From contig CATNEN010000001.1 in NCBI GenBank assembly GCA_950097015.1, positions 7,564,001-7,628,000 of the forward strand: 64,000 nucleotides of DNA, written 5' to 3'. The notes below the pieces were generated by a model, which saw only the letters and a program-made list of their open reading frames with translations, did not search any database and had not been told where the DNA came from. The DNA comes from Macrostomum hystrix (taxonomy: Eukaryota > Animalia > Platyhelminthes). A program made the translations under genes and the position numbers. Below, one piece after another: positions 12,401 to 24,140 of this stretch (the first letter of the stretch is position 1; each line of letters opens with the position of its first letter).

Positions 12401-15400
12401 CGAGTCAGTGCTAGACGCGATAGTGGCAGCGTAGGAAGCCACATCCATGGCAGCCCCGTCACGGGAAATATTTGCTCGCAGTCGCTGATTTAGTTCATCT
12501 CCTGTGTCTGGTACCGGAATGTGCAGCTCTGCAGATGATGATTGCGGAACTAAAACTGTCTCCCGGTTTTCCCGGACACTTGAATTCTTAGAAACTTCCG
12601 TCTTGCTTAACTCAATTTCTTGCCGCCATCGCCGGCTTTCATCAATATCGTCCGGGTCGTCTTGAGTGGCCATCTCGGTGTACGGCTGAGCGTACAATGC
12701 CTCGCCAGTGCTGAGTGGTGAGAGCGGCGGAGACAGGCCGTAGAACTCGGGAAAAGAGTTGCGACGCTGCCTTGGCGATACCGGAGGACTTTCGAATGCG
12801 CCAACTGATGTAGGAGGCACTGAACCTGCTGAAGCGTCTAATGATTGCGGTGCACCGGGTCGTCGAAGATTCAAATGCTGATGCTGATGCTGGTAATGAT
12901 GAGAGTGATGGAGCTGATGAGCTGTATGCTGAGGTGATGCGTCTGACTCACTCGCTACGTTTCGTCTTGCCGGCTGCTGTCTAGGATGTCGCGAGTCGTC
13001 AGTCACAGCCGCTGTCACTCTAACTCCAGTTGGCGAGTTTTCTTCCGAGGCAACAGATCTTGGCGCAGTCTGTTGCTTGTGCTGCGGTTGCTGTTGTTGC
13101 AGCTGTTGCTGCCGAGGATGACGCGAGTCGTTCAGCAGGGAAGATGCTGCTGCTCTAACAGAAGCTGGTGCGCCACTGTCAGCTGTGGCAGCTCGGAAAG
13201 TATGCTGATCCTGTGGCTGAGGAAGCTGCCTCTGGGGCCGTATATCGTCGGATGTTTGCACGATTCTTCTAACAGTTGCTGGCGAACTGCTTTCGGAGAC
13301 TACGGCTCTGAAGGGATGCTGATCCTGCAGCTGGGGGAGCTGCCGTTGATGCCGGGGTTCCTCTGGCGATTGTGCTGAACGTCTAGTGGAAACTGGCGAG
13401 CTGTTTTCAGATACGTCGCCTCTACAAACCTTTTGATCCAGCGGCTGAGGTAGCTGCCGTTGATGCCTCTGGTCTTCTGATTCTTGTACAGATCTTCTAA
13501 TCTGTGCCGGAGAACTGCTCTCAGAGACGACAGCTCTGGAAGAATTCTGCTGCTTCTGTTGTTGTTGCTGGGGATGACGCAAATCGTCTGAAACCGATGC
13601 AGTAGATCTAGAAGTTGTCGGCAAGTCAGTTCTGTTCAACTGTTCTTGCTGCTCTAGATGATGCTGACGTTGGTTTCGTGAATCTTCCAATAAAGGCGCA
13701 GATGCTCTTGCAACGCTAGGCGAACTTGTTGCTGAAACAGATGTTCTCTGAGGATGCTCCGCGTGCCTTGGCTGTCTGGAATCGTCCGTAACAGAAGACG
13801 TCGACCTTACAACAGACGTCGAGCTAGCTCCACAGACGGCATTCTTAGGAGGATTGAATTTGGGTTGGTGATGCTGTTGCTGCTCTGGCTGGACAGCGAC
13901 AGCCTCTTCACTGCGGGGCAGGCGTCTAAGGGCCAACCTCAGCGGCGGCTGCGGTGACGACTGACCAGATCCTGGCCCGATCGATGCTGAAGTTGCTGTT
14001 GCTGCTGCGGCGGCTGCAATGGCGAATCGAAGCTGGTATTTATTGTTTGCTTGGCTAGCCGAGCTAAAAGCCAACTGGTGAGATGGAATAAGATCGAGCA
14101 AAGCTGGGACAGATAGATCTGAAGACAAGCAAAGATGCGTTCTCGCACTGGTTGTCTGCTTCGATGTAATGTCCAGGGGGCCAGTGGTTCTTCTGTGTCA
14201 GCAGAAGTGTGCCAGCATTTGATCGATCCCAATGGCTTCGAAATCCTGGCGCCAAATGCTCTAAGCGAGGGCCTCTGCTCTTATCCGTCCAGTCTCCTAT
14301 AGCTATAGCTACATGGGGAAGCGAAGCGCGCGATCGAGAGCTCTGGTCCCAGCCTCCTCTATCCCCACTTCGCCCCACCCGAAAGACAGCGCCCACACGG
14401 ACAAACACAACAGCTCTTGTGTTCCTATAACGTGCGGCGCTCATTTTCCCCTCTTAGTTTGAGCCGTCTCTGCTTATCCCCCTTCCCGGCTAACACATAT
14501 GGCCGTTCCCTGTTATGCCTGTCGCGACCCCAACACAGCATTAGTGCCATATGGTCGCCTCCGCTTCAACTATCCGAAACGTCGAAGCGTAAACAGTACT
14601 TCAAACAAGAACATAAATGTACTAGTACATTTACAGATGTACGAGTAGTACGAACCTAAAACAAGACTGGGAAGAAGCAATTATTAGAGGCCTAGGGTGA
14701 GCAAACTGTCTAGATGCGAGCATTTTTGCTTGTCGAAGGATATCTAGGAATATTTGTGCATCTAGCTAGTCCTGCTCCATAGCCCAGCCCAGATAACATA
14801 TACCGTGGAGATCAGCAGCTTAGTGGAGATCTGTCGGCTTTGCGTTAATCCAGCGTAACATTTTCCATTTCTACCCAACTCATCTTTCTTCTCAGGCTAA
14901 AAGTTGGTCTGTGTCTAGCAAGCTCTCTATATTGCTCAAACATGGTTGCCTGTACTTTATGCCTCATTTTAAATCAAATGCTCTCAACAGTAGAAAGACC
15001 TCGTACTTCAAATACCCATTGCCAGCATCACGGTAGCTCCCAAACCTAACAACCGATTTTCGTTAAAGTCCGACATGTGGATCAATTTTGAAATATGTAA
15101 AATATGAAAAAAATTGCAATAACCTCCGTGTTCTTTCTACTGTAAAGGCTACGGCGTCGGTTGTCTTAATTTTTACGTTTTCTGATGGCTCAGTGACATT
15201 CACAAAACATACGAGCTAAAAATCTGGCACAAATGCTCTTTGTGTTTGTCTTTGTTCAAATAAACTTACTTGAAGTGGAGCCTGCGTTGGTGACGTCAAT
15301 TGCGCCGGATGCGTCCGATGCGGTCATTCCGAGGTCCTCCGGTGTGTACACCCCAGCAGCCGGTCTGGGCCGATTGGGGAAACTGCGCCTGCGCCTCATA

Positions 15401-18400
15401 ACTGGCGACCCCGCCGACGGGGACCTGTTAGAGCCGCTCATTTCGTCGTAAAACGAGAAGGACTGGGTGCGCTCCACTTTGCGTGAGGAGTTCATCTGCG
15501 GTGTGGCGTTGTCAAGCGGCATTTTCTTAGAAAACTATGCATAGACTCGACAGGAGACTTTAACTTTACTCGTGAGTTTAATACTACCGGGAAACTTTAC
15601 TATTTTTTAAAACTACTTTAGTGCTTTAAATTCACTCAGGTGTTTTCAAGATCTGCTCATTCAACAAGTTTTTTACTGTTCTGATCATCCTACTAGCTCA
15701 TCCTACTAAACAGCTTAGCAATCTGTCACCGTCATTCTAAAGTCGATAACATTTCCAAATACATCAGCGAAAATTTAATAAATTGCCACCTAAAAAACTA
15801 TCTTCTGGTAGTCCTAAAAATAAGGTAAATCCGTAATCTTAGCTGTCACATTATTTACGCCGTGACAATCATTTTACCGTCTTGTCTCACCTTAAGCAGC
15901 GTCTGCAAGGAAATTGGCTGGTGCCTTAGACCGTGGTACCATGCACCGCTTGACATGGCCAAGTGCCGCTTCTTCTGGCAGATCGAGCACATCCACTCGG
16001 CAAACTAGAAAATAAAAATAAAAACAGAAGCGGGTGAACACGGCTAGCGGGATTGAGAAGAAAAGAACTGTTTTAATACGCATGTCTGCCTGCAGTATTC
16101 TACTAATAGTAGAATAAAGTGATGGTACACTACTAGTTGGCCATATTCTCGCAAAAATATTCACGAGCAGCAACTCTGCTTCATTCTGTTGATTCCTAAG
16201 CACACCTTTTCACATATCTGTAATTACAGTTTTTTCCATGCGTGAACGTGTTACCTCTCAGACACACATCATAGTGCCGTTGCTGAGTTAAGTTGCTGAG
16301 TAATAACAGGTCTTCCTTTCATTGTCTAGAAATGGGGCTTGTGGCAGAGCGGTCTAACGCGTTGCCTCTCACCCCAAGGTCCTTGAGCTCGATGTCGCGG
16401 CGAGGCCTCATTTATATGGGGCGCAGCCGCGGAGGGAAGTCTTGGGGGCTTGTCGTGCAATTTACGCCCTTGATGGCCAACCGTACAAGGCACAGTGAGT
16501 CTGTACACTGCCTGACGATGAGTAAGTCTCGATATCTGTGTGCGAGTGTGCTCAGGAGTCAGCGAAATGGGCAGAATTGCCTCCTCGCCGGTGTGACCAA
16601 ATAATATGCCACTTTGAGCCGTATTCGATGAGCCGTATTCAGGATGTGCTACTTATCAACCATCTAGCTAATTATTTTACCTTATTGAACAGCTTCATCA
16701 ATCAAAGCTAGGTATATGCGTGCGTAAATTGATTTAAAATTTAGAACTTCAAATCTGCCGCCTGATATGAAGAAAAGCAAAAACCGAATGGCATTGGAGA
16801 TTAAAGTGACTAACTCAGCTGTAACGCGAAGCAAAAAAGAAAGCATCCAAGAACCCCCTTGAGACACTTGAGACGTTCGGAGTAGAGCTGCAGGTCCCTC
16901 ACAAAGGAAGCAGCATTTTCGGCATCAAAGGCGATACATACGCAGCTTGGAATATTGGAAAATTAATTCACTAGTGAACTGGGGTGCGAGTGTGAGCCTA
17001 TCTGTCATCAGGGCCTATGCACCAATGCAGCTACGATATCCTTGCATTTGCAGCCTATTCCCATTGTACTCCGGGCGATAGCGATATGTTTTCGTTCGCA
17101 AAAGAGGCAGTGTACTTTAACCTACTGGCGAGTGTATTTGGGAACTGGGAAGGCATAAGCTAAACACAGCGAGTCACTGATAAGAAAAAAGATATGAATT
17201 AGCAATCCTGCTTTGCCTTCATCCGGTATTTTTTGTCAAACGAATGCAAATCAAAATTTAAATTGGCCTGTGTTGTCTGTTTAAATGGAGACGTGTAGCG
17301 CTATTTTCAAATCAAACCCTCCATTTTCTAATAGGCATTGTGTGCGGTTGTTTTCAATTTAGATTGATTCGCAGTTAGACATGCAACCATTTTTTGTTTA
17401 ATTCATTGCCAAATCTAACAATGCCGAGCATGACACATCACTAACGATGAGTAAACTGATGTATATTTTGTTATTAACAACATACCTCCCTTAGTGCCTA
17501 ATGCATTTGTTGGATATTTTGTGGCATCTGAAACGTGTTACTCGTTACTAATGCCAGTATTTATCCACAATATACTATCATCTTATCCCATGATCACATC
17601 CCAATTCCCTTCGTCACATCCCAATATTCACCCAAATAATAAATTCCCAATTTTGATCCCATCTTTATATCCATCCCATAATTCGTTAATATTATTTTCA
17701 TGAGGGCTGCAGGCAATGGCACATCATTTGGTGACATTAGACCCTCTGCCAGCGAGTAGGCAATTCTGCCCAATCCGCTGACTCCTGAGCACACACGCAC
17801 ACAGATACCGTACACACAGAAACATACTCACGCAGTGCACACTCTCACTGTGCGCTGGAGGTTGGCCATCGAGGGCGTAAATTGCACTACAATCCGTTGA
17901 GTCTTCTCTCTGTGGCCTCGACGCATTTTCGAGCTCATGAACCATCATCCGAGATGTCAACGCGTTAGAACCCTCTGCCACACTCCTCTATATTCATTAA
18001 ATTATCCCATGCCTAACCAATCAGGCTTAAAAAAATAAAATCAATCGACATTTAAAGCTTCTCACTTTATTTCCAGAATCGTTGCAGAAATTGCCGCAGT
18101 CGTAGCACACAAGCCGCTGGCACTCGGTGCATTTGTAGTCGCTCTTCGCTAAATTGATATCATTCTCTAGGCACAGCGGGCATTTGTTACCGCTGCAATC
18201 GAGCGCCACCGTCGATGTGTGCCGACTAGCCCGATCTTCTTGCGACTGGACGCTCAACTCGAGACGCCTGAAATGGAATCGGGCATTTGTATGGGGGATT
18301 TTTTCGAAGCCATTGGGGTTTGGCCCTTGTGGGCATCGATTGCAAGACAAGCCTCCAACCCTTTTTCTGCGGCTGTGGCCCAAATCAAACATGGTCTCAA

Positions 18401-21400
18401 GCTCAGGGACCTTGGTGCGATAGTTGGACGCGTTAATGCTGTCACACAACCTCATCGTTTGTCAGCTGCATCGAATGGCTACCTCATGAACCATTGAGAA
18501 CAAAAATACGCCACGGAATCGAGCTCAGGGACCTTGGTGCGAGAGGCAAACGTGTGAGACCTGCTCTGCCACTCATTTCCACAGGAATTCCTACAATTGG
18601 GATTCTATAAAGGCAAAATATATTGAATACTCGATTTACCGAAAACAAACAAATAGATAGGTTGAATTTACTGTACCGTATTTACTTCAACCGAAAGTTA
18701 ATAGTAAAGTTCTAACATATGCGTTCTGACATTTAAGAATCGATCGATGTTTCATTCAATATCAAATTTCAACTAGACTAGCCGGAGTTAAAAGTTTGAA
18801 AAAATGCAAATTCAGCAGTAACACAGGCGGACTATAGTCATTGGGACAGCAGGCTAGCATTGGCGGGCGAAAAAATATGCTAATTTTTATGGATCTTTGG
18901 ACGTCTCAATTTCGACTGCGAAAACTACATATGTGACTGTGATGTCTAGGGAGTGTTGTATACGTATTCAGCATTACAGTTCTAATGTTCACGTATCTCT
19001 GCAGTTTATTATTCAAACTTGACACTCGTAACAGTTCAGTTCAGTAGCAGTTCACTTCGGTAGCAGTTCACTTCAGTAACAGTTCAGTTCAGTAGCAGTT
19101 CACTTCGGTAACAGTTCACTTCAGTAACAGTTCAGTTCAGTAACAGTTCACTTCAGTAACAGTTCAGTTCAGTAGCAGTTCACTTCGGTAACAGTTCACT
19201 TCAGTAACAGTTCACTTCAGTAACAGTTCACTTCAGTAGCAGTTTACTTCAGTAACAGTTCACTTCAGTAACAGTTCACTTCAGTAACAGTTCACTTCAG
19301 TAACAGTTCACTTCAGTAACAGTTCACTTCAGTAGCAGTTTACTTCAGTAACAGTTCACTTCAGTAACAGTTCAGTTCAGTAGCAGTTCACTTCGGTAAC
19401 AGTTCACTTCAGTAACAGTTCACTTCAGTAGCAGTTCACTTCAGTAACAGTTCAGTTCAGTAGCAGTTCACTTCGGTAACAGTTCACTTCAGTAACAGTT
19501 CAGTTCAGTAGCAGTTCACTTCGGTAACAGTTCACTTCAGTAACAGTTCACTTCAGTAACAGTTCACTTCAGTAACAGTTCACTTCAGTAGCAGTTTACT
19601 TCGGTAACAGTTCACTTCAGTAACAGTTTACTTCGGTAACAGTTCACTTCACTTTTGTAACAGTTCACTTCGGTAGCAGTTCACTTCACTTTTGTAACAG
19701 TTCACTTCGGTAGCAGTTCACTTCACTTTTGTAACAGTTCACTTAAGTAAAATTTCAGTTCGGTACAGTGGCAACAGTTATGTAGTTACCTCGCTGACGA
19801 AGTTTTCTTTGTTAATATGCCGTATCTGAGTTGCCAATACTTTCTAATGTAATAATTGCTGGCCATTTTCAATGCAGGATGATTATCTTGAAGCTTTTGA
19901 TCTTTCTGTACACTGGTTTAGAGCCTTACGGGTTGGTAGGTATTTATAACTAAGCATCAACTTGCCAAAGAAGTATATTTTGGGCCGTAAACACTACTGC
20001 ACGGCTAGGAATGCACTATTTACAGTGGGCCTATCCTGGATCGGACAGCAACAGCAGCAGCAGCATCAACAGCTACGGACAGTCTTAAGGATGGACAGCA
20101 ATGGAAAGGTAGAAAGTAGTTTGCCTTTCAAGCGTTCAGACTTTCCAAACTTTTCAAACAAAGTTAGGACAGGGATCAGCGAGAGAATATTTTCTCCCGT
20201 TTGTTTCATTGACAGCGCAAAGTTTGTCTGCGTTGTTCAATAAGCCCGTCATTTTCAATGCTATTTCTATGAATCTACACAAGGATCCTCTCTAATAGAT
20301 TCTGATCTACTGCCTAGAAGTAAGACGAGCAACAGACGAGATTGTTTCTGATGTATAGAAATCTCCATTCATCTGATCTGATTCACATAAATTCACAATT
20401 TCCGAAATCTTTATCAACCGCAATCCGGTCTCACAGAAATCAGAATTATACCTATATTATAATACATATAACATTAGTAATAATACAATTATAATAGCAA
20501 TGAATCTAGCTAGCAGGACATGATTTATCTCTATGATTGCTCTGTTAGTCTGTGGAGCATCTTTTCACAGTAGAAAGACCACATACCCACTGCCTGATTA
20601 ACGATAGTGCTAAATTTCTAAGCTAAATTTTAAATGCGAACTCTAGCATTTAAACAAATTAAAATCTGCAGCGAGCTAGAATTCTAGGGAAAATAAGCTG
20701 AGCAACAACTGATAATTGAGAATTTTGAGTAGCCACTACTAAGCAATGTGCAGTTTTCTACTTGAATGAAAGCAATTTTTTTCAGCAGCCCCCGCTATCC
20801 AGTTAATTAGTTTCTTGGGCCTCTAAATGAAATAGATTTCTTGAAAATCCTATTTTAACATAATTGAGTACTTTAGCTGGGTGCTATGGCCATGATAGTC
20901 ACGGAAAATTGGCGCTTCCATGTAGATCTGTTTCAAATAACTGATTTCACCTGTTTGACTGTGATACTGTCCATACTGACTGTAAAGCTGTCAATGACCG
21001 ATACTGTCAATGACCGATACTGTCAATGACCGATACTGTCAATGACCGATAATGTCAATGACCGATACTGTCAATGACCGATACTGTCAATGACCGATAC
21101 TGTCAATGACCGATACTGTCAATGACCGATACTGTCAATGACCGATACTGTCAATGACCGATACTGTCAATGACCGATACTGTCAATGACTAAAGCTGTC
21201 AATAACTGAAGCAGGACCTATGACTGAAGCTGTCAATGACTGAAGCTGTCAATGACTGAAGTTATTCGAGAAAGTAGGTGTATTGACCTGACTTAAAATC
21301 TGCATGGCAGAAACTGTGTGTGATGCAAACCTCTGACTGAATTTAATTATGCCGACAATCTAATGGAGTAACAAAATGTAAATTGGTTTAATCTAATTTT

Positions 21401-23816
21401 CCTTGCTTAGTGTCTAGCCCTAATCCCTGTTCAAATCCTTTGTACGCTTTAGTGTGTAATTATTATATTCCAGATTATGGCAAGAAATAATAAACAGGGA
21501 AACTGTGCGCCAAATCCTCATTCATGCTTAATCTAACAGAATCCAAATGAGGTTTGGTAAAGCCCTATTCTGAGAACTCGTCGTCTTGGAGATGATTGAA
21601 AATGAGCGAGACTGTGATTTAGCTGCTCAGCTGCTCAGACTGCTCAGACAGGTGCCAACGCGCCTCTAAATATGCCTAGCGTGTTGCGGAATAAAATTAT
21701 CCTCAGCATTCGGGAGAATTTTAAACAGAGTTTCTGTCTCTGTAGCTACAAAATTCGATGACAATTCAGAAAGTTCATGAGGATCAGGATTGGGATTCTG
21801 ACGATCAGGATTGGGATTCTGACGATTAGGATTGGGATTCTGAGGATCAGGATTGGGATTCTGAGGATCAGGATTTGGATTCTGACGATTAGGATTGGGA
21901 TTCTGACGATCAGGATTGGGATTCTGACGATCAGGATTGGGATTCTGAGGATCAGGATTGGAATGCTGAGGATTAGGATTGGGATACTAAGGATCAGGAT
22001 TGGGATTCTGAGGATCAGGATTGGGATTCTGACGATCAGGATTGGGATTCTGACGATCAGGATTGGGATTCTGAGGATCAGGATTGGGATTCTGAGGATC
22101 AGGATTTGGATTCTGAGGATCAGGATTGGAATGCTGAGGATTAGGATTGGGATACTAAGGATCAGGATTGGGATTCTGAGGATCAGGATTGGGATTCTGA
22201 CGATCAGGATTGGGATTCTGACGATCAGGATTGGGATTCTGACGATCAGGATTGGGATTCTGAGGATCAGGATTTGGATTCTGAGGATCAGGATTGGAAT
22301 GCTGAGGATTAGGATTGGGATTCTAAGGATCAGGATTGGGATTCTAAGGATCAGGATTGGGATTCTGAGGATCAGGATTGGGATTCTGACGATCAGGATT
22401 GGGATTCTGACGATCAGGATTGGGATTCTGAGGATCAGGATTTGGATTCTGACGATTAGGATTGGGATTCTGACGATCAGGATTGGGATTCTGACGATCA
22501 GGATTGGGATTCTGACGATCAGGATTGGGATTCTGAGGATCAGGATTGGGATTCTGAGGATCAGGATTGGAATGCTGAGGATTAGGATTGGGATTCTGAG
22601 GATCAGGATTGGGATTCTGAGGATCAGGATTGGGATTCTGAGGATCAGGATTGGGATTCTGAGGATCAGGATTGGGATTCTGAGGATCAGGATTGGGATT
22701 CTGAGGATCAGGATTTGGATTCTGAGGATCAGGATTGGAATGCTGAGGATTAGGATTGGGATTCTAAGGATCAGGATTTGGATTCTGAGGATCAGGATTG
22801 GAATGCTGAGGATTAGGATTGGGATTCTAAGGATCAGGATTGGGATTCTAAGGATCAGGATTGGGATTCTGAGGATCAGGATTGGGATTCTGACGATCAG
22901 GATTGGGATTCTGACGATCAGGATTGGGATTCTGACGATCAGGATTGGGATTCTGACGATCAGAATTGGGATTCTGAGGATCAGGATTGGGATTCTGAGG
23001 ATCAGGATTGGGATTCTGACGATCAGGATTGGGATTCTGAGGATCAGGATTGGGATTCTGAGGATTAGGATTGGGATTCTAAGGACCAGGACTGATATTG
23101 CGAGCATCGAGATTGGAACTGAGAAGATAATTTTTGGGATTCTATTGATTAAGGTTGAGTTTCATTATCAGCATGGGAATTTATTTGACAGTTGTCTCAT
23201 GGTCTGAGGGGGGATTCAATCCATTGCGCAGCTCACCTCAGTCGCTCGTCCTCCTCCATTTCTGTCTGCCGGGCCCTGGCGAGCACCCTGGCAATCTGCA
23301 GCCTCTCTTCGTCAGTCAGGTGACTCAGGTCCGGCTCGGGCGGCGTCACCGGCGAGTCCTCGCTCGACGTCGGCACGGTTGAGCCACTGCCGCCGCCGTT
23401 GTCGTCGTCTTCGTCGTTGTCGAGATTTTCCATCAGCTCCGACGTTGACGCCTGCGGCTGCTTGGAGAATGCCGAAGTTAAGAATGAGGCAGCCGGCGAG
23501 AAGAAGAAGGTCGAACTGGACGCTGCGCCGGTAGACGAACCGCCAGCGGCTGTCGCTGGGCCGACATCGTCGCCAACGTCGGGCAGGTCGCTAGCCGCGT
23601 TGACGGACGCCAGCCGACGCCGCCGGGCAGTCTCCGGAGTGGCGCTGGCCGACGCAAAACCGCCCGCACCGACGAAGCGTCGGAAACGCGACGTGGCGGC
23701 TGGCGAAGCTGGAACTGAGTGCGTCTGACGACCTTCGCTGGCCGCCTCGAGCTTCGTCTCCGAGCTGTTGGCATGGTCAGGAGATTCGTCGGCGCCACCA
23801 GAATTTGTTGCACCTC

Positions 23817-23862
<46 letters not shown>

Positions 23863-23889
23863 TCCCCAGAGTTTCCTCACGAACAGCAT
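1..23889 (-). CDS. RIM/rabphilin/Piccolo-family presynaptic Rab-effector protein, multi-exon, 3' end outside the window
   Basis: Phase-consistent GT-AG exons: 23889-23237 (phase 2), 18267-18066 (0), 16004-15891 (0), 15534 or 15525-15270 (1), 14118-10676 (0), 445-<1. The spliced product reads PDLSHLTDEERLQIARVLARARQTEMEEDERLR-RLE (RabBD helix), CPLC..CTECQRLVCYDC..WMCSIC (FYVE-type double Zn finger) and KKRHLAMSSGAWYHG (SGAWF-type motif), then long Q/P/S-rich sequence. Extra exons in 446-10675 cannot be excluded, and the exact family member is undetermined. Confidence 0.8.
272..425. repeat. 15-bp coding tandem repeat (QPQQQ on the minus strand), ~10 copies
   Basis: (TTGCTGCTGCTGCGG)n. Confidence 0.95.
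3700..5065. repeat. ~20-23-bp pyrimidine-rich minisatellite
   Basis: (CACCTCTCTGTAGCTCTCT[AC/GT/CT])n. Confidence 0.95.
5580..7305. repeat. 33-bp minisatellite
   Basis: (GATCGTTGCTATCCTCTCTCTGATTGTTCAGTG)n. Confidence 0.95.
9677..10548. mobile_element. hAT (Charlie-like) MITE containing a 16-bp minisatellite
   Basis: TIRs CAGGGGTCGGAAAACT ... AGTTTGCCGCCCCCTG; subterminal GATGCGGCCC motifs near both ends; interior (GTGTCTCATCTCTCCC)n-type array ~9775-10430; 8-bp TSD not clearly retained. Confidence 0.75.
10676..14118 (-). CDS. Giant (~3.4 kb) low-complexity exon of the RIM-like gene
   Basis: 1153-codon open frame; phase-1 acceptor cttcag|AT (other acceptors possible); GAG|gtgagt donor; Q/P/S/A-rich with internal imperfect repeats. 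Confidence 0.8.
15270..15534 (-). CDS. RIM-like gene exon (Ser/Arg-rich, RRRRSFP)
   Basis: ORF 15256..15522 with phase-0 acceptors just upstream and an A|gtaagt donor. Confidence 0.7.
15891..16004 (-). CDS. RIM-like gene exon ending the Zn finger (FAEWMCSICQKKRHLAMSSGAWYHG); frame absent from the ORF track
   Basis: ttctag|TTT GCC GAG TGG ATG TGC ... CTT AAG|gtgaga; 114 nt, phase 0/0. Confidence 0.88.
16330..16625 (+). mobile_element. tRNA-derived SINE, family A
   Basis: A-box-like TGGCAGAGCGG and B-box-like GAGCTCGAT; body shared with the inverted copy at 17700-17990 (GTGCAATTTACGCCC, TGTGCTCAGGAGTCAGCG, GGGCAGAATTGCCT). Confidence 0.7.
17700..17990 (-). mobile_element. tRNA-derived SINE, family A, inverted copy
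   Basis: Reverse complement aligns with 16330-16610 over ~280 bp. Confidence 0.7.
18066..18267 (-). CDS. RIM-like gene Zn-finger exon
   Basis: tttcag|G CGT CTC GAG ... AAT AAA|gtgaga; encodes CPLC and CTECQRLVCYDC. Confidence 0.85.
18395..18580 (-). mobile_element. Two tandem tRNA-like head fragments of SINE family A
   Basis: AGCTCAGGGACCTTGGTGCGA occurs twice; the reverse reads TGGCAGAGCAGG...GGTCCCTGAGCTCGATTCC. Confidence 0.55.
19027..19750. repeat. 16-bp minisatellite
   Basis: (TAACAGTTCACTTCAG)n. Confidence 0.95.
20985..21260. repeat. 16-bp minisatellite
   Basis: (ATACTGTCAATGACCG)n. Confidence 0.95.
21777..23090. repeat. 21-bp minisatellite (7-bp sub-period)
   Basis: (GAGGATCAGGATTGGGATTCT)n. 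Confidence 0.95.
23237..23889 (-). CDS. First coding exon of the RIM-like gene (poly-Gly N-terminus, start of Rab-binding domain)
   Basis: ORF 23233..23889; AG|gtgagc donor at 23236; upstream acceptor tttcag| near 23999 implies a non-coding 5' exon. Confidence 0.85.
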
Positions 23890-24067
23890 GGCTGCTGCCC
23901 CGGTCCTCAGAGACGGACCGGCTTCATCTCGCTCTGGCGCTCACCGTTCCATTCGAGGGTCGAGGAGCCGTCAGGACGATGGCGACGATGATGGCGGCTG
24001 AAAGTAATCCGACAATGTGCTTTTTTATTTACTGTCACGTGACTGTTTAGTTTGATTGTTTGGAGTC

Positions 24068-24140
24068 GACAGCACAGCCGCAGCTATTGCACGGAGCATC
24101 TGAAGGCTGCGTACGGCTGTTCAGTCCATGGACTGGGAGA
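24068..24140 (-). mobile_element. Partial SINE family B copy abutting a 20-bp satellite
   Basis: AGCACAGCCGCAGCTATTGC..CATCTGAAGGCTGC..GGCTGTTCAGTCCATGGACTGGG. Confidence 0.65.

Noticed and set aside
18510-18580. tRNA gene candidates (also 16330, 29820, 57600)
   Set aside because: A/B boxes are degenerate, no complete cloverleaf, and they match or resemble SINE heads.
21746-23207. ORFs (ILRIPIL)n and (RIRIGIL)n on both strands
   Set aside because: Stop-free frames of a 21-bp tandem repeat.
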